DNA of 62,798 nucleotides, the filler included, from Leucoraja erinacea (lineage: Eukaryota): assembly GCF_028641065.1 (NCBI RefSeq). It is 3 parts of 3 records of this genome, joined end to end, with 100 filler letters (N's around TTAATTAATTAA, not from the genome) between each part and the next. Parts side by side here need not be neighbours in the genome. Positions count along the whole stretch, not along the records: positions 45,552 to 62,798 come from NW_026576170.1; 2 more parts are not named here. The stretch is one strand, 5' to 3'. Numbering within the stretch: position 1 is the first letter of the stretch; each line of letters starts with the position of its first letter. The notes under the pieces are model-generated. The model did not search any database, was not told the origin of the DNA, and was given only the letters and a program-made list of their open reading frames with translations. This document shows positions 49,824 through 61,020 of this stretch, piece by piece. A program made the position numbers and the translations under genes.

Positions 49824-50721
49824 TGTCGTTGAACTGAGACAGCTCTCCGGCTCGAACTGATCCTTTGTACTCTGAATAAGCGTTCCTTTTATGTATGCGA
49901 TGTCCCCCTCCGGGGAGATGAATGTTAATGTGAACTAGTTCCAGCGTTTTTAATTAAACGAATTAACCCATCACTTTCGCGTGGGTTATTTTCAAAACAA
50001 TTTCATTACCATTTATGGGACAGCTAGAGTTCAAGTCATTTCTGCTCCCTAATATAATGCTATATTCTAGGTGTATATCGGACTCGATCTCGGAAGTTAG
50101 GGTCAGTCGAATGTGATCTCAGTGTGTGCCTTACAGATCAAAATGTTGGAGTAACTCATCGGGGCAGGCTGACTAATACATCAATTAATTATTCATGCAG
50201 TATTCAACGATATAAAAGTCAGAGTCAAAGTGTTGGGAATTATTCACGGGAATCAACGCCAAGATTTTGGACTAATATCAACAAGCTGGGCTATGAAAAA
50301 AGATCGGGTCCCTCAGAATGAGAGATGTGGTAACGATAGATTCGGAGAGAACGTGCGCACAAAAGTAGCCAGATCATCTTGCACAATGTCAGTTTTGTTT
50401 TCATTTCAGGTGTCCAACACATGCACGTTTTTGTTTATTTCCAAATATCATATGCTGGAGTAATTCGACGGTTAGGAAGCATCTCTGGAGAAAGTGGATA
50501 GATGCAGTTTCGGGCCAGACCTTCATACAGATTCAGTCTAAAGTCAGACCCGATATGTCACCAATCCATGTGAAATGTGCACCATTCCATTTACAATTCT
50601 GGGTCCAAATTTCTATGTGTCCCTTTTTTCCCCCCCTTTCACTCCTTCTTGAACAGAGGGACAACCTTTGCGACCCGGAAGTCTTACGGCACCTTACCGA
50701 TGACTAACAATGACTCCTCGT

Positions 50722-52430
50722 TCAGATTCAGATTCAGATTATTTAATGACCACACAGTCAAGCTGGTGGAATTCATATTCATTAATGGATGTTACACAAT
50801 AGGCTGATTCCCGTCAAACATAACATGAAACACAAACAACATACAGTATACAGTACATGCACGAGGCGGCTTTGTGATATTATCATATAGTGTTCAGAGT
50901 TCGAATTGCATATGGATAGAAACTGTTTTTAAATCGTGATGTTTTGGCGGGCAGTGAGCTGTAGCGCCTCCCTGAGGGCAGCAGGTGGAAGATATGGTGA
51001 GCTGGGTGGGAGGGATCAGAAATGATTTTCTTCACCCTTGACACGGACCGTTTGAGATTGAGTGATTCTATTGATGGGAGGAGGGTGCTGATGATTTTGG
51101 ATGCTTTGTTGACAATGCGCTGTAGTTTATTACGGGAGTGAGTGTCTAAACTGCTGTACCAAACTGTTATTGATGAAGTGAGCATGCTTTGGATGATGGC
51201 TGTGTAAAATCCGATTAGGAGATGTTTCCTCACTCTGAACTTCTTGAGCTGACGGAGAAAGAAGAGTCTTTGGTTGGCTTTTTTATAAATGTGACCTGAA
51301 TTGATTTTCCATTTAAGGTTATTACTTATGTGAGTGGCAAAAAATTTGAATGAGTCAGTGGTGGATATGGGTTCGCCGGAGATGAGTACGGGGTGGGGGG
51401 GTGGGGGGCTTGGGTTGTGCCTTACGTCTGAGGTCGATGATAAGTTCATGGGTTTTTGATGTGTTGAGTAGGAGGCTATTGTCTGTGCACCAAGTGACTG
51501 CCTTGTGTGTTTGAGTGCGATATTCCATTTCGTTGTTGTTAGAGATGAGGCCTATGATGGTTGTGCCATCTGCGTATTTGTATAATTTGACTGAACTATA
51601 CTGGGATGTGAGTTGATTTGTATAGAGTGAGAATAACCAGGGTGACAAGACGCAGCCCTGAGGTGCTCCTGTACTGAGGTGCAAGTGAGATGTGGTGTTG
51701 TGTATCTTCACCCTTTGTTTCCTGTTCCAAAGGAAGTTATGGATCCAGTGACAGATGCAGGGGTCAATGTTCATGTCCGTTAATTTATGGAAGAGTTTGA
51801 CCGGGTTGATGGAGTTGAATGCAGAACTGAAGTCCATGAACAGGATGCGGGCGTACGTGTTGGCGGTTTCCAGGTGTTGCAGAATGTGATGGATGGCCAG
51901 GTTGACTGTGTCTTCTACTGACCTGTTGGCTCTATATGCGAATTGATATGGGTCCATGTTGGAGGAAGTGCTGATTTTGAGGTAAGCGAGAATAATGCGC
52001 TCAAATGACTTCATGGCCACGGATGTAAGGATGTAAGGGCAATCGGTCTGTAGTCATTGAGGCAGGATTTTGTGTTAGACTTGGCACAGGAATGATGCTG
52101 GATTGTTTAAAGCACCGCGGCACTGAACATTGGCAGAGCGAGGTATTGAAGATGTTGGTGAACACAGGGGCCCGTTCTGCTGCACAATGATGGAGCACTG
52201 CTGGGCTGATGTTGTCTGGGCCTGCTGATTTATTTTTCTTCTGCCTCCTGAAGGTAGTCCTCACCTCGGCCTCCTGGATGTGGAATGGAGGGGGAGGAAG
52301 AGGAGAGGGGGACGATGGTGGAGGGACTGGAGACTGTTCAAACCTGCCATAGAAAACGGCAGTGCTCGTGTGGTTTATTTTGTAGCTTACCCACTGTGTA
52401 CATGGATAAAACTGACTACGCATGAGATGC
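50722..52430 (-). mobile_element. Rex1/Babar-like LINE, 5'-truncated and frameshifted
   Basis: MKSFERII, QFAYRANRSVED, DFSSAFNSI, GAPQGCVLSPWLFSLYT, LLPSGRRY..FYPYAIR; (TCTGAA)n tail. Confidence 0.85.
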
Positions 52431-52775
52431 ATCCGCCTTCTATACGTTCCCTACGTTCAGCACCCAATTGACTGAAACATAGAAAGTCCCCAAGACATCT
52501 TCGTTCACGAGTTCCCGTCCTCCATGTCTTTCTCCGCAATAAAGCAGAAGAGAAATATTAATCGTTGTGAAATCACCGAGAAACATTGAGCAGAAACCAC
52601 GTGAGATTAATGTTCGGCGATTCCAGTGACGATTTTCAGAAAAGTCAATATACAGCGGCGTGAAAGCGTGGGGGGTGATGAGGGAGTTTCTTTTGATTGT
52701 GGTGAACCGCAATCTGTATCCTGCCTTTCCAAGCCTGTCTTTGTCGCTCGAAATCGGAGATCTACGCAATGGTGA

Positions 52776-52814
52776 GGTTTTTGTATAACGATTGAACTGG
52801 GCACAGCCACTGTG
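52776..52814 (-). other. 23-RSS of V5 (perfect consensus)
   Basis: CACAGTG (52814-52808), 23-nt spacer, ACAAAAACC (52784-52776). Confidence 0.95.
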
Positions 52815-53250
52815 CTACTTAGAGCACAGAAGTAAACGGCGGAGTCGGATAGTTGCAGCCCAGAGATTGTTAACTTGGTGACTTTAGCACCTGTCAGGAG
52901 GTCCGATGAGAACCTCGGTTTAGCAAAATCAGCGTTGTCCTCACCACCGTTTGAGGATTTCGCTAGGATTAACTGAAGCTGTTTGTTCGGGTTTTGCCGG
53001 TACCAGGACAAGACATAATAGCCCAATGCAGTATCATACGTGCAACTTAGAGTGACCGGTTCCCCTTCTGTCTTCCAGCTCGCTGGCGGGCTTTGTGTGA
53101 CAGAATCTCCATCACCTCGTTCTGCAAAAAAAAAAAAAAACTGAAAAACAGATAATATTGAACACATAGGGGGCGCGGAGGCAAAAAGCCATACCGGTGA
53201 GGTCCTCTGGGGGGCGCTCGGCCGCAGTAGGCTCCCTGATCGCTGGACGT

Positions 53251-53302
<52 letters not shown>

Positions 53303-55874
53303 CGTGTGATGCGAGCAAAGCCCGTTCGCTGGTCGGATTGTTCAGCTCAAGGTTTCAGTGGATTTGGGCACTGTAGGACCCGCAGCAAGCTGGGGCTCAG
53401 TTGGGTCAGGCGATGCAACAAAGGCGGTACAGTGGCGCAGCGGCAGAGCTATTGCCGACTGCGCCGCAGATCCAGCTTCGACCTTGACAACGGACGCCGC
53501 CTGCGTGGGTTTTTCACCCCCTGTGACCGCGTGGGGTTTCTCCTGGTGCTCCGGTTTCCTCGCACATCTCATAGGCGTGCGAATGTGGAGGTTGCTTGGC
53601 TTCTCCAAGTCGTCCCCAGCCTGTAGAATGGAGCTAGTATGGGCGGTCGCTGGTCGGCGCGGACTAGGTGGGCCTAAGTGCCAATATCTACGTTGTATAT
53701 CTAATCTAAATTAATCTAAACTAAACAAAAATGGTCATGCGCTCTGAGAGGACGCGGCCTGCAGACAAAGAGAACCAGATCAACATAATTGACTGGCCAG
53801 GCCGAATCCTGAAACACAAAACCAGTGTCGCCGCCACGCCAACTGGCCGTTATGCTAAAAGAGTTAAGGAGTAACACTTATAATAACTGTGAACATGGAG
53901 GATGCAAGATGTCGCCGGAAACATGGCAAGTCTTATGTACTGCCTCAAGGTAATCTGCTATTCTTGACATGTTCATAATAGCTCATCAGTTCTAGTAGTA
54001 GAATTAGGCCATGCGGCCCATCAGCTATACTCCTGCATTCAATCAAGGCTGATCTATCTTTCCCACTTAAATCCATTCTCCTGCCTTCTTAGATTAGATT
54101 AGATTAGATTTTATTTGTTGTCATTTGAACACAGAGGTTCAAACGCAATTTAGTTTCTGCAGTCATACAAACAAGAAGAAGTACCAAGACACAACATAAT
54201 TTACACAAGCATCCATCACAGCGAATCTCCTCCTCACTGTGATGGAAGGCAAAGTCCTATCTCTCCCTGCACTCCCCATTCTCCTCCCGATGTCATAGTC
54301 AAAGCCCCCGGCGGGCGATGGTAATAAGTCTCGCGGCCATTAAAGCCGCGCCGGGCGATGCAAGGCCGCGCTCCGGGTCTTGATGTTGTAGCCCCGGAGG
54401 GCTCCCCGTAACCCCTGACAACCGTGCTAATCAAGAATGTGTCCATCTCCGCCTTAAGAATGTCACTTGACTTGTCCCCCATGGACGCATGTGGTAATGA
54501 ATTCCCCACATTCACCACCATCTAATGAAATACATTCCTTGTAATCGCCTTTTCAAAGGTACGTCCTTTTATTCTGACGCTATGATCTCTGATCCTCGAC
54601 TCTCCCATTCGTGGAAACATCTTCTGTACATTCACTCCATCCAGCCCTTTCAGTATTCCGTCAGTTTCAAAGAGCCCCCCCCCCCCCCCTCATCCTTCTA
54701 AACTCCAGCGAGTACCAGACCAGTGCCTTCAAACGCTCATCACACGTTAACCTAATTATTCGTGGGTGGAGTTGTGTAAGAAAGAACTGCAGATGCTGGA
54801 AAAAAATCGAAGGTAGACAAAAATGTTGGAGGAACACCGCGAATTATTCGTGGGATAATTCTGGTAAACCGCCTCTGGACCCTCCCCAAGGCCAGCACAC
54901 ACTTCCTCAGATATAGGGCCCAAAACTGCCCATTGGTATATGAGGATAATTGTTCAAATGTCAAGTCAAGTCAAGTCAAGTCAAGTCAAGTCTATTTGTC
55001 ACATACACATACGAGATGTGCAGTGAAATGAAAGTGGCAATGCTCGCGGACTTTTGTGCAAAAGACAAACAACAAAACAACCAAACAAATTATAAACACA
55101 ATCATAACACACATATTCTTTTACATAATAAATAATGGAAGGAAAAACGTTCAGTAGAGTTAGTCCCTGGTGAGATAGGTATTTACAATCCGAATTGCCT
55201 CTGGGAAGAAACTCCTTCTCAACCTCTCCGTTCTCACCGCATGGCAACGGAGGCGTTTGCCTGACCGTAGCAGCTGGAACAGTCCGTTGCAGGGGTGGAA
55301 GGGGTCTCCCATGATTTTATTTGCTCTGGAGTTGCACCTCCTGTTGTATAGTTCCTGCAGGGGGGTGAGTGAAGTTCCCATAGTGCGTTCGGCTGAACGC
55401 ACTACTCTCTGCAGAGCCTTCTTGTCCTTGGCAGAGCAATTCCCAAACCAGATGGTAATGTTCCCGGACAAGATGCTTTCCACCGCCGCTGCGTAGAAGC
55501 ACTGGAGGATCCTCGGAGACACTCTGAATTTCCTCAATTGCCTGAGATGGTAAAGGCGCTGCCTTGCCTTACTCACGAGTGCTGAGGTCGACTGAATAGT
55601 ATGATTGTTAAGATGTAGGCTGAATTTCATTGTACCGCTGCTGGAATATTTATTTCACTGCACTTATATGTGTATGTGATTAATAAAACTGATCGATTGA
55701 TTGATTGATTGAAATAATTTCATGGTACCCGAGTACCTTTGACAATAAAATACCATTGAATCATTGAACTTCAAAGTGATCCAGCAGCCAGAGAGATTAA
55801 ATTATGTTTGATTCACACTTACCTGGCAGAAGCGCTGTCAAAAAGCAGAAATACAAGAATCGCATTGCATCCAT
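52815..55874 (-). CDS. TCR alpha/delta-type V segment V5 (leader 55874-55823, V exon 53121-52815), apparently functional
   Basis: Leader MDAMRFLYFCFLTALLP, G|GTAAGT; acceptor ttttgcag|; V reads GDSVTQSP..EGEPVTLSCTYDT..WYRQ..LTISGLQLSDSAVYFCALSS. Confidence 0.9.
53422..53705 (+). mobile_element. HE1/V-SINE-like element in the V5 intron
   Basis: GGTACAGTGGCGCAGCGG head and CTGTGACCGCGTGGGGTTTCTCCTGGTGCTCCGGTTTCCTC body. Confidence 0.55.
54960..55590 (-). mobile_element. Rex1/Babar-like LINE 3' fragment in the V5 intron
   Basis: KARQRLYHLRQLRKF..LRSGKRLR..SFFPEAIR; (GACTT)n tail. Confidence 0.8.
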
Positions 55875-56079
55875 TAGGACTGTAGATTGTGAATGTAGCA
55901 AACAGGGTCACGAAAAAGTTACTACGAAGAGAGATGAAAGGGTGGATCTCAGAATTTGCAAGTATATCTGGCGCACTCTCACAGGAACCTGCTTGCGATC
56001 ATCACGACCCTCTCTGCGTCACTACCTGTTGTTTCTGATGGTGCAGTGGGGTCGGTGGGCGGGAGTTGAACAGTATAAT

Positions 56080-56313
56080 GCCCTTGTCCCACTTTGGAAA
56101 CCTGAACGGAAACCTCTGGAGACTTTGCGCCCCACCAAAGTTTTCCGTGCGGTTCCCGAAGGTTGCAGGTGGTTGCCGGAGCTTGCAGGTAGTGGAAGCA
56201 GGTAGGGAGACTGACAAAAACCCCGGGGAACCTCCGGGAACGGCGCGGACACCTGTGGTGGGGCGCAAATTCTTCAGAGGTTTCCGTTCAGGTTGCCTAA
56301 GTGGGACAGGGGC
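56080..56313. mobile_element. MITE with long TIRs (PIF/Harbinger-like); partial copies at ~7410-7591 and ~13335-13541
   Basis: GCCC.TGTCCCACTT.GGAAACCTGAACGGAAACCTCTG at the left end and its reverse complement at the right end; TAA-containing flanks. Confidence 0.75.
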
Positions 56314-56787
56314 TAAGCATCAGTTCGTTTTATTACCGGACGCACTTTCGATTGAGGATTCAAGTGGGGTAGCTGATGCCTTTATCTGGATTTTGCAACG
56401 GTGGGAATCTGCGCATAATTAATGGAATAGATAATCCTCATCATTCAGAAAAGTCCTGAGTGATCCTAAAAATAAATCACCAAATTACTCGAGACTCTCT
56501 TAGGACATACATCACATAGAACATCATATATTTGGTTCGCCTGACACGACGAGATTCATCGTGAATTCAAAGCGCTAATTTCAAGCATGTGGGTTATGTC
56601 TGCAATTTGCTTTTCTTGAACATCAAGGCTCTCGTTACCGTTAGGTGAATTCTCTTCATCGTGAAACCGGAAAAGCCATCCTTGCCAGTGTCATCGATGA
56701 CACTTGTTATTAAGACAAGGCTATCTTCCTTTGCCCATCGGTTTTGGGGCAAACATCTGTTTCGCTTGGCAGATAAAGGAAGATATA

Positions 56788-57377
56788 GGTCCACCAACAC
56801 CGCTGCGCTGGTCAAGAAGGCACAGCAACAACTGTTCTTCCTGAGGACATTAAAACATACTGGTCTGCCCCAACAGCTGCTGACAACGTCCTACCGCTGC
56901 ATCACAGAGAACATATTAACGTATGGCATCTCTGTGCGGTATCTCAGCTGCACGGAAGCGGAGAGGAGAGCTCTTCAGCGCGTCGTCCACAGAGCGCAGA
57001 GGATCATTGGGACAGAGCTACCAGCCTTGGAGGGCATCTACCACACACGGTGCCCGAGGAAGGCCGTCAACATCCATAAAGACTCATCACACCCCTGCAA
57101 CGGACTGTTTGAACTACTTCCCCCCGGCAGACGTTACAAGGCCTTCTACGCCCGAACCTCCAGACTCAGAAACAGCTTTATTCCAATAACTATAGCGGCT
57201 CTGAACCGGCCCTGCTGAGTGCCCCCCATCCCCCATGGACTGTCCCCCTCGGATGGTCACGATACACAGCTTATTTATTTATTTTACTTTTCTTTTTCAT
57301 CGGTTGGAACTGCATACTAAATCTCGGTGCACTGACGTGCAATGAGAATAAAATATATTATTATTATTATTATTATA
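56788..57377 (+). mobile_element. Rex1/Babar-like LINE 3' fragment
   Basis: KKAQQQLFFLRTLK..DSSHP..LFELLPPGRRY..RLRNSF; (TTA)n tail. Confidence 0.8.
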
Positions 57378-57566
57378 AAAAATGAATAGTGAACGCAGAA
57401 TAGTACAGCAACTGTTCCGTAGTAGTTTGGCCGCCCTGCCATCAGCTGTTAGTCCTTTCACCATGTCCCCATATTTGTTTCGAATACGATTCTAAGATAA
57501 ACGAACAGTATCCGCCTACACATGATCTATATCCCTATGTACACATCCACGTGCCTAAATGACAGT

Positions 57567-57649
57567 TACCAGGAGTGGGGTTCGAACTCAAGTGAACACT
57601 CGCTCATTGCATCTTAAGTCCAACGCCTTAACCGCTCGGCCATCCTGGT
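57567..57649 (-). tRNA. tRNA-Leu(TAA), possibly a pseudogene
   Basis: 83 nt ACCAGGATGGCCGAGCGGTTAAGGCGTTGGACTTAAGATGCAAT...GTTCGAACCCCACTCCTGGTA; acceptor and D stems intact, mismatches in the anticodon stem (TTGGA/TGCAA) and T stem (TTGAG/CCCAC). Confidence 0.82.
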
Positions 57650-57778
57650 ATTAGGAAGTTAAGGCATTTCTGTGCATAAATGCTGATTTTCAACTCGTTA
57701 TTATTCGCGATTGGCCTGTGAGGGACGCAATATAAAACAGGTAAGGCGCGTCCCCCCCCCCCCCCAGACGAATGCACT

Positions 57779-57796
57779 ACTGCCATCTGCTGGAAA
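57779..57796 (-). promoter_or_regulatory. CTCF-binding motif
   Basis: Minus strand TTTCCAGCAGATGGCAGT fits the CTCF core consensus. Confidence 0.65.
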
Positions 57797-59684
57797 GCGC
57801 CAATATTTCACCGGGCGTCCATATATTCTGTTATGTGCAATTTTACAATCAATCGTCCTTGAGGTCGATGAAAACATTCGGCTATCCGAACACAGAAAAA
57901 AAACATAACGGAGACAATGGGAATTATTTTATTGTGAGAATAATTTAACTTAACATGTTTGGCCATCATGTTTGGTGCCGTCTTTGTATACGTGTGCGTG
58001 TGTGTGTGCGTGTGTGTGTGTGTGTGTGGGGGGGGTCTATTCCCGATGATGCTGTTAAATGTTATGTGTTTCAAATGTTCATTATTAATCTTATAGAGGT
58101 GTATAAAGTCATGAGATGAATAGATCGGGGAGGTACACAGCCTCTTGCCCAGAGTAGGTGAATAGAGGACCAGAGGTCGTACATTTAAGATGAAGGGGAA
58201 ATATTTAATAGGAATCTGAGGGGTAACGTTTTCGCACGGAGGGATTGGGTTGGCCCGATAAGCTGGTATAACATCATATCTCGTGGAACACCAATCGGAA
58301 GGCGCGAGTAATTCTGTCTGGAGCTTGTGTGACCTACCGAGCTGCCCCGGATGTACGTGCATGCTGATTTCAGAAGTTTCATAGAAACATAGAAACATAG
58401 AAAATAGGTGCAGGAGTAGGCCATTCGGCCCTTGGAGCCTGCACCGCCATTCGATATGATCATGGCTGATCATCCAACTCAGTATCCCAACCCTGCCTTC
58501 TCTCCATAACCCCCTGATTCCTTTAGCCACAAGGGCCACATCTAACTCCCTCTTAAATGTAGCCAATGAACTAGCCTGAACTACCTTCTGTGGCAGAGAA
58601 TTCCACAGATTCACCACTCTCTGTTCATCTCATGACTGTATACACCTCTGTAAGATTAATAATGAACATTTGAAACACATAACATCTGACATTTTCAGAA
58701 ATTAAAATCGGTGGTGAATAGCAATCTTAAGAAAAATAGATAGACAGTTTATTTTTCAGATAGTAGGATCTCCAGCAAAAGGAAGGGAACCAGTATCGCC
58801 AGTTGACCCCCTTCGGGAATAATTGCTCTCTGTCTCCATTCTCATAAAGTGTCTGGTGACTGCTAAGCTGACTGTTTTTCTCATCACCATTGCCGGCTGA
58901 ACAGCTGAGTTATTTTTCTACTATTAGTTCATTTTTGTTTCGGAGCTCCAGCATTGTGGTATCGTTTGTATTCATATTTAATGTGATGAATGGGTCCATC
59001 CGGTCTCATTGCTGATTGGCTCACCGCAGACTGAACAAGCAGGAACCTATCAGAATCGAGCCACGTTGTTTTCCGATTCATCCTATCAGTTCTTCTTCGA
59101 TTTGCCCAATCAAGTCCTTCGTACTTTGCTTACGCTGTGTATCTGATTCGTGACGTTCGAATGGGGGCGGCGCGCAGCTCATCGTGAGCGGTTCTTCCAA
59201 AAAACAACAGGACGGAGATGAAACCCATGGCACAGCTTCTGATATGTTTAGTTTCTAAGATGGAACCGGGAGATAATTAACATAGAAAGGCAAACAATAT
59301 AAATACTGGAAAACCTGTTAAATCAGAAATTGGTGCTAAAACAATGCAGAGTTGTATCGAGCTCAGGCTGTGGATCGATTAATTCATCCACTGAAAGATA
59401 CAGAATGGAAACAGGCCCTTCGGCTCACCGAGTCCACGCTGGCTATGGATCTCCCGTTCACACTACGTCTATGTTATTCCACTTTCGCATCCACCTTGTA
59501 CATAGTCGGGGCAATTTACAATAGTCAATTCATCTACAAACCTGCAGTGTGCGAGGTCACCGGGCAGCCGCAAGAAACGCAGACGGTCGCTGGGAGAACG
59601 TGCAAACTCCAAATAGACAGCACCCGAGATCAGATTCTAACCTGGGACTCTGAGGGCCGAAGTGCCTATGTCCATACTGTAACT

Positions 59685-59785
59685 TAACTAAACTAAACTA
59701 AACTACACTAAACTAAACTGAACTAAACTGAACTAAACTAAACTAAACTAAACTAAACTAAACTAAACTAAACTGAACTAAACAA
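59685..59785. repeat. (ACTAA)n microsatellite
   Basis: Tandem AACTA units with a few variants. Confidence 0.9.
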
Positions 59786-59892
59786 AGACATTATTTAAAA
59801 CGAAAAGTACACAATTGATCCATAATTCTCAGATTTTGGTTCACGTTACATCCTATCGCAATCCAATTAAGTGAAATGGGGGCGGAATTCTT

Positions 59893-59931
59893 AGTATTTG
59901 TAAGGGCGAACAAGGCATCAGACGCACCGTG
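59893..59931 (-). other. 23-RSS of V6
   Basis: CACGGTG (59931-59925), 23-nt spacer, ACAAATACT (59901-59893). Confidence 0.8.
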
Positions 59932-60381
59932 GGGCTCAGAGCACAGTGATACACCGCGGCGTCGGAGTAAACCACTCCGGAGATTGCCAAAGGAATGGTT
60001 TTCCGATCCAGGTCCAAATCAGCAGAGAATCTGGGCGGGAAATCTGAAGACCGACTTGCCCGTCCCTGCTGAATCTTTTCATTAAATATCGAGGCGCTTC
60101 CCCCGGTCGCTGGATGTACCAGAAGAGCGTGAAACCTGACGTGTAGGTTGAGGAGTAACTGCAGCTGAGCGTTATTGTTTGCCCTTCCTGCGCCGTTAAT
60201 TCAGATGGAAGCTGTGACACGGAATCTTCGCCAGCATGAATGAAAGGTAGAGTATTCGAAATGAAGTGAAATGAGCATATCGGACTTCCATTTCATTTCA
60301 CGTTGACAATTCAAACAGAGACACACCAGGAAGCACAATCATTATCAGCAGAAAGGAACACGAGGATGAACAGGAGCACAT
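59932..60381 (-). pseudogene. TCR alpha/delta-type V pseudogene V6 (leader 60381-60327, V exon ~60240-59932)
   Basis: DSVSQLP..EGQTITLSCSY..LFWYIQRPGEAP in one frame; DFPPRFSADLD..SDAAVYHCALSP in another (frameshift near 60050-60065). The acceptor reads ctttca| with no AG. Confidence 0.85.
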
Positions 60382-61020
60382 GATGTCTGCTTTACAGTTA
60401 GAATACAAATCGTAGGTTACTTCACTTCTTGGAAATGTTACCCTTGCTTTCTTGCATTGCAGAATAAACTCAAAACTGAGGGAGAAGAAGGGCAGGGATT
60501 GGCTGGGTATTAACCACCGTCATACGGGGACCAATAGGAATAAATATTGTGAAATGATTGGGTGGTTGAATCCAACGTCAGTTCATTTCACGTCTCACTG
60601 AATATATTTGAGAAAATAACTAACGAATGAGCAAAGAGGGCCTAGTAAGTTCATACTATTTTGATTACTATATACGCATCACTGAGTTGGATGATCAGCC
60701 ATGATCACATTGAATGGCGGTGCAGGCTCGAAGGGCCGAATGGCCTACTCCTGAACCTATTTTCTATGTTTCTATGTTTCTATTTCGTTTGCAGGTGCGT
60801 GTAGTAATCATAACGAAACATACTTTTACGCTAGAATCGCAAGCATTCTTATCGAGCATGGCATTTTGTCTGTACGTGGTTTTTTTTATTCCGAACGGGC
60901 AGGCAGACATTTCATTCCCATGAGACTAATTGCTCGGATGAAAGGTTGTTCCAAGGAAGAATGTTCCTTAGATTTGTTTTATAAGCCGCTCAGCAGGGAC
61001 GCGTACCTTAGTCAGGCAGG

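Noticed and set aside
59005-59265. CCAAT/GC-box/CRE-like cluster followed by a short hydrophobic ORF
   Set aside because: No splice donor or same-strand V exon found; cannot support a gene.
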